Positions 7,074 through 14,732 of a DNA stretch of 44,943 nucleotides are shown piece by piece. The notes under the pieces were generated by a model. It saw only the letters and a program-made list of their open reading frames with translations. It made no database searches and had not been told where the DNA came from. Positions within the stretch are counted from its first letter, which is position 1; each line of letters opens with the position of its first letter. The DNA is from a virus (Duplodnaviria > Caudoviricetes): positions 1 to 44,943 of the IMG/VR virus record IMGVR_UViG_3300024186_000074; one strand, written 5' to 3'. The position numbers and the translations under genes are program-made.

Positions 7074-7484
7074 ATGAATACGGCCTCCCCAGAGCTTTGC
7101 CAGGAACTGTACGAGCTTAGTGGGTGGGATGACAAAGAGCTTGAAACCTATTCTGAGTTCGCTCATAAAACACATATAGAGACTGACAAAATGATGGTAC
7201 AGATACCCGCCTACAATCTCGGATATCTGCTGCGGAAACTGCCGGCGTTCGTAAACAGCACTAGTGGCCGCGGTTACAAACTGAAGTTGACCGCCAACGT
7301 GACAAGTAGCGGTGACAGAGAAGCCACAATCGGCTATGAGGCGCTTAGGCAGGTAAGCCGCGACCAAACAGCCGGATTCGAGTTCCTACATCACCCGAAG
7401 ATTCAGTTTCAACATGGAACGTTTGAGAATGCCACCTGCAAGCTAGCCATCGAACTAATCAAGGCCGGGGTGCTCAAGCCATGA
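7074..7484 (+). CDS. Hypothetical phage protein (YNLGYLLRKLP motif)
   Basis: Coupled ORF; probable start MNTASPELC. Confidence 0.65.
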   Translation: MNTASPELCQELYELSGWDDKELETYSEFAHKTHIETDKMMVQIPAYNLGYLLRKLPAFVNSTSGRGYKLKLTANVTSSGDREATIGYEALRQVSRDQTAGFEFLHHPKIQFQHGTFENATCKLAIELIKAGVLKP

Positions 7485-7612
7485 ACATCCTCTGCCGCCT
7501 ATTCGGCCACAACTGGTTCATAAAGAACCCCCGCCTTAAAGCCTGGCAGGACAAGCCAGAAAAGGGTGCACCATGTAAACGTAAGGGATGCAAAGGAGTT
7601 TTTGAGGGATGA
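7481..7612 (+). CDS. DUF1660-like prophage microprotein (MNILCRLFGHNW...CKRKGC)
   Basis: LCxLFGHxW signature; ATGA coupling on both sides; below ORF-track cutoff. Confidence 0.65.
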   Translation: MNILCRLFGHNWFIKNPRLKAWQDKPEKGAPCKRKGCKGVFEG

Positions 7613-7752
7613 GCGAAACCAAGACAACTTATCCATGCGGCTGCGTAGTAAAGACAACAGGTACTGGCACAATCTACGCCGGGACACTTACCAGCTACTG
7701 TGAAGCGCACAACCCCTTCAAGAACATCGCGCCGAAGGTGGAAACCATATGA
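7609..7752 (+). CDS. Microprotein (MSETKTTYPCGC...YCEAH)
   Basis: AAGGAG RBS; coupled start; 47 aa. Confidence 0.55.
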   Translation: MSETKTTYPCGCVVKTTGTGTIYAGTLTSYCEAHNPFKNIAPKVETI

Positions 7753-7785
7753 GTAAACGTAAGGGATGTGAGGAGGTGTTTTAGG

Positions 7786-7968
7786 ATGAGGAAACCTAAT
7801 CCTGGTTCTGAAGAAGCTGTCGCACTCGGTTGCGTCTGCCCAGTCCTTGATAACTGTCGCGGCCAGGGCGTGCCAGACGGTGAGGGCGGTGTTGCTTTCT
7901 GGTTTACGGCCAATTGCCCCCTACATGTGCGGAAATTACACGAACAGTTCTTGGAGGAGAAGTCATGA
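7786..7968 (+). CDS. Cys-rich phage protein (PNPGSEEAVALGCVCPVLDN...CPLH)
   Basis: GAGGAGGTG RBS; metal-binding-like motif. Confidence 0.7.
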   Translation: MRKPNPGSEEAVALGCVCPVLDNCRGQGVPDGEGGVAFWFTANCPLHVRKLHEQFLEEKS

Positions 7969-8300
7969 CTAACCCAACAGGGCAGACCGGTGTAGAGGGG
8001 CTACGAGCCGCGCTAGTTGACTCTGTAGATGGGCGACGGTTTGACACCGGATTTCCAGAACTGGATTACGAGGAAATTGAGTGGCTTGTTGATAACTGCC
8101 TACTACCACGAGTAAACCGGTTCCTGGAAGCCCACACATCAGCCGTTTTGGACAGAGTGGAGAAGGGCATGCCGGAAGTAATCGGCCCTAATATACCGAA
8201 CATCAAGGGAGCGGTTATGTACACCTACGCCAACAACATTCTTGCCGAGCAGCGCACCAAGTTCACTGACCTCATGAAGAAAGTGCGGGAGGAAATATGA
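7965..8300 (+). CDS. Hypothetical protein
   Basis: GGAGGAG RBS; ATGA overlap (MTNPTGQ). Confidence 0.6.
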   Translation: MTNPTGQTGVEGLRAALVDSVDGRRFDTGFPELDYEEIEWLVDNCLLPRVNRFLEAHTSAVLDRVEKGMPEVIGPNIPNIKGAVMYTYANNILAEQRTKFTDLMKKVREEI

Positions 8301-8301
8301 G

Positions 8302-8490
8302 ATGAACGAACCACTAATGTTTCACGCCGCCGTGAAGGCTGAAGACTGTGCACAATATGACGACATGCGTCTTAGGATGCTAATACGCAGGGCATGGGTG
8401 GATGCTACGGAGGCTCAGCTTACCCTTGACGAAGCATTGCACATCTTGGAGGACGAGGTGATGTACTTGCAGAAACGGATGAAGCCATGA
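8302..8490 (+). CDS. Hypothetical protein
   Basis: GGAGG RBS; operon position. Confidence 0.6.
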   Translation: MNEPLMFHAAVKAEDCAQYDDMRLRMLIRRAWVDATEAQLTLDEALHILEDEVMYLQKRMKP

Positions 8491-8795
8491 AAGCTCCCCA
8501 ACCTGATGATGAGCCAACTCTTGACGAACTGCTTGATTTACTGCAGTCGAACACCTCTCCACTAATCAGTTTCAATAGGCAGAGAATCCGCGACTACTTC
8601 GCCCGCCGGGAAGAGGTAGCTGTGTTGGCGGGGCAGCAGCAACTAGCAACCGACCTTATGGCTGCGCTGGATAAGCGCTGGCCAACACCTACGAGCGGCC
8701 ACAACACAGTTTGGGAAGAACTACGAAAGCTTGTTCCCGGAGCGACCCTCCAGGCTGAGCAGGTGAAGCTAAATAGGAGGGATGGTGAGAAATGA
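8487..8795 (+). CDS. Hypothetical protein
   Basis: ATGA coupling. Confidence 0.6.
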   Translation: MKAPQPDDEPTLDELLDLLQSNTSPLISFNRQRIRDYFARREEVAVLAGQQQLATDLMAALDKRWPTPTSGHNTVWEELRKLVPGATLQAEQVKLNRRDGEK

Positions 8796-9052
8796 GTGCT
8801 CATGGATGTGTAAGCCCGTGCCCCACCTGTAAGCAAGGCTGTATGATATGCCGCCCTTGCGACCTGATGAAGCATGGCAGCTTAGTCCCCGGTTTCCCAG
8901 CGTACCCGATACCCCTACATCCGAAAGGTGGTCAGAAATGTGACTTATGCGGCAGCACGGCCATAGACCACACAGAGATGCACTGTCAGATAAATCGCGC
9001 TTTCAAGAGACAGACCCACCCCACCACCAAACTTAAGGGAGACAGACCATGA
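8792..9052 (+). CDS. Cys-rich putative metal-binding protein
   Basis: Several CxxC pairs; ATGA coupling. Confidence 0.6.
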   Translation: MSAHGCVSPCPTCKQGCMICRPCDLMKHGSLVPGFPAYPIPLHPKGGQKCDLCGSTAIDHTEMHCQINRAFKRQTHPTTKLKGDRP

Positions 9053-9261
9053 GCAACCAACTTTACACACTGCAAATTCAGCTTGGCGACTACGAGCCCG
9101 GCAGAATTGTGGCCGACGATGACTCCGGTTGGATTATGGCGACATACGACTATCTAAACCACCGTGGCAGTGTCAAAGAGGGCGAACTGGCTATGTTGCT
9201 GGACTACGCCCGAGACAACAAGCTGACGAGCATCCTAGAGCCCTTTGGGGATGAATCATGA
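9049..9261 (+). CDS. Hypothetical protein
   Basis: ATGA coupling. Confidence 0.6.
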   Translation: MSNQLYTLQIQLGDYEPGRIVADDDSGWIMATYDYLNHRGSVKEGELAMLLDYARDNKLTSILEPFGDES

Positions 9262-9572
9262 GCCAACCCAACCAGCCAGACCCTATAGGCGCATGGATGG
9301 AATCGCTAGGCTACGAAAAAAGCAAGGTACGTGGCTACCGCAAGTGGTTCGACACACCAGAAGGTAGCAAGTTCTATTTCCTTACTGATGAGCAAGCCGC
9401 CTTCTTCTACAGTTTGATGCTGCGAGAGAGGCTAAGACAGGCGGAGCAGGACTACGACATTGCGGCCGACTGTTTCGAGGAAGGCCCAGATTTTAGGCTA
9501 TTCGTACGCAAGCTAGCGGCACAACGGTCTGCTCTTTTGGCCCAGCTCGTAGAAGCGGGAGGCAAGGCGTGA
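9258..9572 (+). CDS. Hypothetical protein
   Basis: ATGA coupling. Confidence 0.6.
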   Translation: MSQPNQPDPIGAWMESLGYEKSKVRGYRKWFDTPEGSKFYFLTDEQAAFFYSLMLRERLRQAEQDYDIAADCFEEGPDFRLFVRKLAAQRSALLAQLVEAGGKA

Positions 9573-9802
9573 TTGGCGTCTACATAACCATCAACGGCAG
9601 GCCCATCTTTGCCCGCACGGCGGTCAACCGCCTGCAGGAGCGGGGCGTATACGTTGCTGACGACGGCCTCGAAATCAAGCACAACCCGGACGAAGGTGCG
9701 GTCGCGCTGGCTATAAAGCTGCTGGAGACCATCCACTCGAACCCCGACAAGGAGACGCCGCCGGCTTGGGAGCGGTGGATGGGGCAGGGGAAGGAGGGGT
9801 AG
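9569..9802 (+). CDS. Hypothetical protein
   Basis: GGAGG RBS; GTGA coupling. Confidence 0.6.
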   Translation: MIGVYITINGRPIFARTAVNRLQERGVYVADDGLEIKHNPDEGAVALAIKLLETIHSNPDKETPPAWERWMGQGKEG

Positions 9803-10003
9803 ATGGCTAAAGTTCTATTGAAATACGACACGGCCGAGCAGTTCAACGGTCTCTACACAAATCTGTGGGGCTACCTGAACTCAGATAATTGCCATAAGAC
9901 CGGCTATGCCAGCATCACGATATACAAGAACCGCGAAACCGGCCTTACAACCTACTTCAAGGTGACCAAGGCTGGAACCGTCGTAGGGAGGGTGGCGCTA
10001 TGA
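9803..10003 (+). CDS. Hypothetical protein
   Basis: AAGGAGG RBS. Confidence 0.6.
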   Translation: MAKVLLKYDTAEQFNGLYTNLWGYLNSDNCHKTGYASITIYKNRETGLTTYFKVTKAGTVVGRVAL

Positions 10004-10383
10004 ACCCCACCTCAGATAAACCCGACACACCACAGGAGCGTAAGGAGCAGCTATGTCTAGTGTGCTTCCAGTTCTACACAGAGCCCAGTTTCGGTGGATT
10101 CGGGATATGCGGCCGCTGTGATACAGGCATAGCCCCTGACGGCCACAAGTACACGTATAACGAGATTCTACATCAGGGCCGCGTTAGGAAACACATAGAC
10201 CAGCTTCTCCAGCAAGCCCGCAGTGATGCTATTGGGGAGGCTCGTAAACAGGTTGCCGGCGAAATCTTTAATCTTGCCCACAAGTACGCCCAAGACGACA
10301 AGACAATGATGGGAGCCGAACAGCTACGCGCCTACCACTACTACAACGCGATTCATAAGATTGGAGATTTCAGTGGCAGATAG
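10000..10383 (+). CDS. Hypothetical protein with CxxC...CxxC zinc ribbon
   Basis: CLVC...CGRC; ATGA coupling. Confidence 0.6.
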   Translation: MNPTSDKPDTPQERKEQLCLVCFQFYTEPSFGGFGICGRCDTGIAPDGHKYTYNEILHQGRVRKHIDQLLQQARSDAIGEARKQVAGEIFNLAHKYAQDDKTMMGAEQLRAYHYYNAIHKIGDFSGR

Positions 10384-10478
10384 TCAACTAAAGCCCCCTG
10401 AGCAGGAGGAAGGGTAGGATGAGCCCGATAACCAAGCTCAAGGATAAGTCCAGGCTTCGCCAGATAGCCCGGCTCCTG

Positions 10479-11885
10479 CTAAGCTAGCCGCTCGAACCGA
10501 ACCAACTCTGGGTCAAAGCGCATACGGGTGCCGTTGTAGTACGGCTTCGATTGCCCCGGCAGCAGAATAATCTTACCCATGTCGCTGAGGCTGAGTATCT
10601 GCCGCCGAACTGTATCACTCCCACACTGTTCCCAAAGCTGGCGCAGCGTCTGTCCCAGGGGTACAAGTCCGCCGCCGAGCCGCGCACGGTTTATCCTATC
10701 AATCTCGCTGTCTATGGCCTTCAGTTCGGCCTCAGCCCGTAGCTTCGCCTTGCCCATCTGGTCGCGAGTCAGTAGGCCGGTGGCATAGTCATCCAGAATC
10801 TCATCCACGCGCTTGGCCTGCGTATCGCGCTGTCCTAGCAGTTCCTTGAGCCGACCGTCATCTTCTTGCCCCTCTTCCAGCAGGGCGGCCATAGCGGGGC
10901 TCTCCAGGTGCCACATGAGGGTTTCGACTACGTAGTGCTCCAGAGCGTCGGCATTGCGGGAGACACCATGGCAGGCGCGGCAGGTATATATGCGGCGTAG
11001 CGGGCGGTCCGCATGGTCGCGCTTGGTTTTGCCGTTGCAAGGTTCGCCACACACGCCACAGAAGACATTGCCGGTAAGTAGGAACTTGCGACCCTTCGGC
11101 CTGGTCGTCTTCGTCTTGTCCTGCTGCATGCGGATGGCCAGCTGGAGGCGCTGCCATGTTTCAGCGTCGAAGATGGCTTGCCAGTTGCCCGGGTACTCAA
11201 TGCCCTCATGCACGATGATGGCCGCGTAGGTTTTGCGCCTGAGCGTCATGACCAGAGTGCCGGGGTGCCAGTTATTACCCTCTGAGGTCTTGTGGCCGGC
11301 TGCTACAAGCCACTTGGTTACCTCATTGAAGGAGTGTCCCAGGATGATACGTCGGGCCATCTCACGGACTACCGCGGCTTCGTCCGGGCGGATGGTGTGG
11401 TCTTTCTCGTAGCCGTAGCAGCGGCGGCCGGCATGAGGTTTGCCGGACTGCGCCATCTGGCGGTTCGCCGCCTTGTGGCGTAGGCCTTTCTGGTCAGCCT
11501 CGTTACGGGCGACTGATGCCATGATGCGGGCGAGCAACTGGCCCATCGGGTTCGACAAGTCCAGGTCGCCGCTGACCGTGACAACCTTCACCTTGTTCGT
11601 GACTGCGACGTTGATGAGTTCCTCGAGGTCAGTCAGCTTCCGGGTGAGGCGGTCTACCGCCCAAGCTACGACTGCATCTACGTTGCCGGCTGCTACCAGT
11701 TGTAGAAGGCGCCCATAACCCTCGCGCTTGCCCTTGCTGGCCGACACGTCGTTGTCTTCGATTACCTCGATGACAGTCCAGCCGCGTTGCTCGCAGAGTT
11801 TCCTACAGGCTTCTAGCTGTCTGGTTACTGCTAGGCGGTCGCCGGTGGCGTCAAGACTCTGGCGGAGGTAGATTATTACATTCAT
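10479..11885 (-). CDS. int: Large serine recombinase (phage integrase)
   Basis: YLRQS catalytic motif, DNDVSAS, DRLTR, recombinase domain (YGY), zinc ribbon CGVC...CRAC, coiled coil. Confidence 0.92.
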   Translation of the reverse strand: MNVIIYLRQSLDATGDRLAVTRQLEACRKLCEQRGWTVIEVIEDNDVSASKGKREGYGRLLQLVAAGNVDAVVAWAVDRLTRKLTDLEELINVAVTNKVKVVTVSGDLDLSNPMGQLLARIMASVARNEADQKGLRHKAANRQMAQSGKPHAGRRCYGYEKDHTIRPDEAAVVREMARRIILGHSFNEVTKWLVAAGHKTSEGNNWHPGTLVMTLRRKTYAAIIVHEGIEYPGNWQAIFDAETWQRLQLAIRMQQDKTKTTRPKGRKFLLTGNVFCGVCGEPCNGKTKRDHADRPLRRIYTCRACHGVSRNADALEHYVVETLMWHLESPAMAALLEEGQEDDGRLKELLGQRDTQAKRVDEILDDYATGLLTRDQMGKAKLRAEAELKAIDSEIDRINRARLGGGLVPLGQTLRQLWEQCGSDTVRRQILSLSDMGKIILLPGQSKPYYNGTRMRFDPELVRFERLA

Positions 11886-11905
11886 ACCTTATGTCCATTT
11901 TACTT

Positions 11906-11961
11906 CTTGCGGTGCATATCGTCAACATCAATTCTGCCATGTGTCAAGTAGGTACCGCAAG
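11906..11961. other. Putative attP site
   Basis: 56-bp imperfect inverted repeat (CTTGCGGT...ACAT / ATGT...ACCGCAAG) just upstream of the integrase start. Confidence 0.6.
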
Positions 11962-12022
11962 CGTCAGTCGCCGGTCGTGACCATGCTCATCTACTTACGT
12001 CGATGGATTCGAGCGGTCGTTG

Positions 12023-12235
12023 CTATGCGATGAACGTGCCAATCCCTTGCCGCCCTTCAACCACCCCGGTCGCTCGCAGCACAGCAAGCGCTGTCTTGAC
12101 GACTGCTTCCGAGCACTCGTACTGAGCGGCCAGTTGCTTGATGGAGGGCAAACGGTCGCCGCGCTTCAGCGCTCCCGTGGCGGCACTATTTGTGATATCC
12201 GTCACAATTGTCTGGTAAAGCGGCATATGCGGCAT
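12023..12235 (-). CDS. Stand-alone GntR-family wHTH regulator
   Basis: LKRGDRLPSIKQLAAQYECSEAVVKTAL...GRQGIGTFI. Confidence 0.9.
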   Translation of the reverse strand: MPHMPLYQTIVTDITNSAATGALKRGDRLPSIKQLAAQYECSEAVVKTALAVLRATGVVEGRQGIGTFIA

Positions 12236-12441
12236 TAGCCCTCCTTGTCAATCCTAAGGAGAGCAGGTGGTCGCCGGGGTTGACTACGTTGGCCTAGCTA
12301 GCTACGGTGGCCATCAGTCCCGGCCGTTTCATGACTGAGCCCTGCAGCGGTCGGTTGACATCCAGCCACGTGCAGTGTTGGGGGGTGTGGGCGAACAGCG
12401 CCAGCTGCACGTGGCTGGAGTCTGTCTACGGAAGGATTGCG

Positions 12442-12660
12442 ATGTCCGGCCCGTTTGGCATAGAAGACCCGACTGGTGGCCTAAGCCCCCGCATGGTGAG
12501 GCACTACCTAGACCTCTACGTGCGCCACATGAACGTCGGCGTGCTTAAGCACTGCTTCTGGTGCCAGAAACACAACTGCGACGACTTCATGTTCGCCCGC
12601 GCAAGCCTTATTGCGGGCGGCCAGCAGCTTCCCGGCACTACGGAGTGGACTGGTGAGTAG
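12442..12660 (+). CDS. Hypothetical protein (H..CxxC..C) divergent from GntR
   Basis: GAAGG RBS; probable start MSGPFGIEDP. Confidence 0.6.
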   Translation: MSGPFGIEDPTGGLSPRMVRHYLDLYVRHMNVGVLKHCFWCQKHNCDDFMFARASLIAGGQQLPGTTEWTGE

Positions 12661-12862
12661 CAGCACCGCATCAGAGGAAGAGTTGTACGACCACCTCATG
12701 GCTGACGCTGGCGGTAGGTGCTACACGTGCCGCGAACACGAGCCTTGCGGCAGGCGACTAGCGCTTACTGCTGCTTTCTCTCGCGTGGGGGCACTACCCA
12801 GACGTCAGCCCGGGCGGGCGGGGTTGGCTCTGACTCATCAGCTGTCTCGCCTGCAGGTGTAG
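12653..12862 (+). CDS. Hypothetical protein (H..GRCYTC..PC..LPRRQPG)
   Basis: Overlapping GTG start; metal-binding motif reminiscent of actinomycete GntR-linked small genes. Confidence 0.6.
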   Translation: MSSSTASEEELYDHLMADAGGRCYTCREHEPCGRRLALTAAFSRVGALPRRQPGRAGLALTHQLSRLQV

Positions 12863-13181
12863 TTCCTCCCCTCAGCTGTCTCGCCTGAAAGCGAAGTTCC
12901 TTGGTCCTGATGCGCGGCGCCATCCCCGAACTAAGCCCTCGGGCAGGGGGAATCGTGCGGCTATCCGGTTCCTTGCCGTACTTCTGGTAGGCCGCTGAAC
13001 CAGACACGCCCAGCGCGGCACCAACCTCTGACCAACTGGCACCGGTGTCCTTAGCCCGGCGCGCCGTGGCGTCCAGCTCTTCGGCCAGGGCTTGGTAGCG
13101 CCGCCGGATGGCAAGCAACTCCTCCAGCACGGCGTAGTGGGCCGGTGCCGGTGTGTCTGCGTCCGCTGGCCTCCATGGCAT
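12765..13181 (-). CDS. Small HTH DNA-binding protein, actinobacterial type
   Basis: ARRAKDTGASWSEVGAALGVSGSAAYQKY helix-turn-helix. Confidence 0.7.
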   Translation of the reverse strand: MPWRPADADTPAPAHYAVLEELLAIRRRYQALAEELDATARRAKDTGASWSEVGAALGVSGSAAYQKYGKEPDSRTIPPARGLSSGMAPRIRTKELRFQARQLRGGTTPAGETADESEPTPPARADVWVVPPRERKQQ

Positions 13182-13422
13182 GTCAGCAGAGTCTACATGA
13201 AGCTAGCTGTGCCCGGCAGTAGGTCTTGGCTTACCCCTTGCCATGAAGGTGTCTTAAGGGCTACCGTTAAGCCAGCGGTAGACCCAAGCTTGAAACCCAA
13301 GGACTGGGCTGCAGGCGGCAGCTACTTGACTCCTCCACAGTGACGGCTTAAAGCGCCCGGGTTCAAGGGCGCACCGTTAAGTTGACTTAAGACCTACCTA
13401 GCTTTAAGGGAGGTGAACAGCC

Positions 13423-13722
13423 GTGACTGGTGACCTTGCCCGCTTCGCGAAGCAGGAGATGTCCCCGCGCAAGCAGGACCGTGCGGTGGCGGCTGCGGCC
13501 AAGCTCGTGTTCGACGAGGTACGCCTGGCCGCGCTTAAGGCCGACGGAGCCATCGGGCTCGCCGGCCACATCATGGAGGGGATGACCGGCCTCGATGAGC
13601 GCCGCCAGACCCTCAGCACTGGTGACCGTGCCAACGACATCATGCTCACCGAGATTCAGATTGCCGCCCTCCGTGCGGTTAAGGCCATCCAGGCCAAGCT
13701 CTACAACCAGTGGGGGATGTGA
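13423..13722 (+). CDS. Helical hypothetical protein, first gene of the coupling-protein operon
   Basis: GGGAGGTG RBS with GTG start. Confidence 0.7.
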   Translation: MTGDLARFAKQEMSPRKQDRAVAAAAKLVFDEVRLAALKADGAIGLAGHIMEGMTGLDERRQTLSTGDRANDIMLTEIQIAALRAVKAIQAKLYNQWGM

Positions 13723-13931
13723 TGGTTTTCCTCTACGTCATGTCGTCCTTGAACTTCTTGCTTCTGCTCTGGGTCATGGTGCTGGTGGCGTTGTCCAAGC
13801 AGACGCCGCCGCCCACCAAGCTGGAAGTCGAACTCGAGCAAGTGCAGTACGAGTTCAACAAGGTGTTCAACGAGGCGACCAAGCTGATGAACCAGAAGGG
13901 CGGCGCCCCGCCCAAGCACCTGAAGCAGTAG
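13719..13931 (+). CDS. Small single-pass membrane protein
   Basis: N-terminal hydrophobic helix; GTGA overlap. Confidence 0.6.
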   Translation: MMVFLYVMSSLNFLLLLWVMVLVALSKQTPPPTKLEVELEQVQYEFNKVFNEATKLMNQKGGAPPKHLKQ

Positions 13932-13942
13932 GGGGCAAGCTT

Positions 13943-14548
13943 ATGTCCCAGATATATGACGACCTACTCCGTATCCGTGAGTTGCTGTCTGACCCGGCGC
14001 GCTGGGCTAAGTTCACGCTTCACGACACCGCCGGCAGCAAGGGCGACCGTTGGTGCCTTGTCGGGGCGGCACAGCACGCGGTCGCCACGACGGATGACGA
14101 CCCTGGCAACGTCGTAGAAGCTTTCTTCGCCAAGACGCTCGAGGAACGGTTACTGGAGGCTGACACCACCCAGCCCCGTGACCAGAGTCAGCGGCTCAAC
14201 GAAGTACTCAAGGCTATCGCCCGCGAGTTGCCGGCATCTGGCCGCCAACCAAGGGCGGCCATCCCGGTGTACAACAACGCGGCGGCTACGACTCACCAGG
14301 ACGTTATCAACATCCTGGACGCGGCTATCATCAGCCAGCTTCCGGCTATCGCTGCTGGTAACCCGCGCGCTTCTATCCCCCGCTACAACGACGCACCACA
14401 GCGTACACACGCGGATGTCATGCGGATGCTGGACGCGGCCATCGAGCGTTACCGCAACGAAGACGACCAGGCTGCCGCCAAGGCTATCCAGGCGGTAGAG
14501 GCTCCGCGGCCGATGACTGCCATACAGATACTAAGGAGGCAGGCGTGA
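13943..14548 (+). CDS. DUF6197-like protein with internally duplicated C-terminal motif
   Basis: W...WCLVGAA and two copies of I..YN(N/D)...TH.DV...LDAAI. Confidence 0.6.
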   Translation: MSQIYDDLLRIRELLSDPARWAKFTLHDTAGSKGDRWCLVGAAQHAVATTDDDPGNVVEAFFAKTLEERLLEADTTQPRDQSQRLNEVLKAIARELPASGRQPRAAIPVYNNAAATTHQDVINILDAAIISQLPAIAAGNPRASIPRYNDAPQRTHADVMRMLDAAIERYRNEDDQAAAKAIQAVEAPRPMTAIQILRRQA

Positions 14549-14709
14549 TTGTCCGCCGGCTTATCAGTGCGTTGGCCATCATCATCCTGTTGGCCATCGC
14601 TATCCAGCAGATTTGGAAGGTTGTGGTGCTTTTCCTTCCGCTGCTCATCGCCGCTTGCATTGTACTGTTCCTCGTTGGCGGTTGGTTCTACTACAGCCGC
14701 CGCGAGTAG
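14545..14709 (+). CDS. Small two-helix membrane protein (MIVRRLISALAIIILL...), below ORF-track cutoff
   Basis: AAGGAGG RBS; GTGA overlap; 54 aa, strongly hydrophobic. Confidence 0.7.
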   Translation: MIVRRLISALAIIILLAIAIQQIWKVVVLFLPLLIAACIVLFLVGGWFYYSRRE

Positions 14710-14732
14710 CTAATGTGGCATCCTTAAATAGG

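Noticed and set aside
10400-10487. 22-codon ORF with RBS and AGCAGGAG/CTCCTGCT inverted repeat at the integrase end
   Set aside because: It could be a truncated gene or a convergent terminator, but the evidence is too thin to call.
13595-13942. N-terminal extension of ORF 13595-14548
   Set aside because: It overlaps two better-supported genes; a start at 13943 fits the operon.
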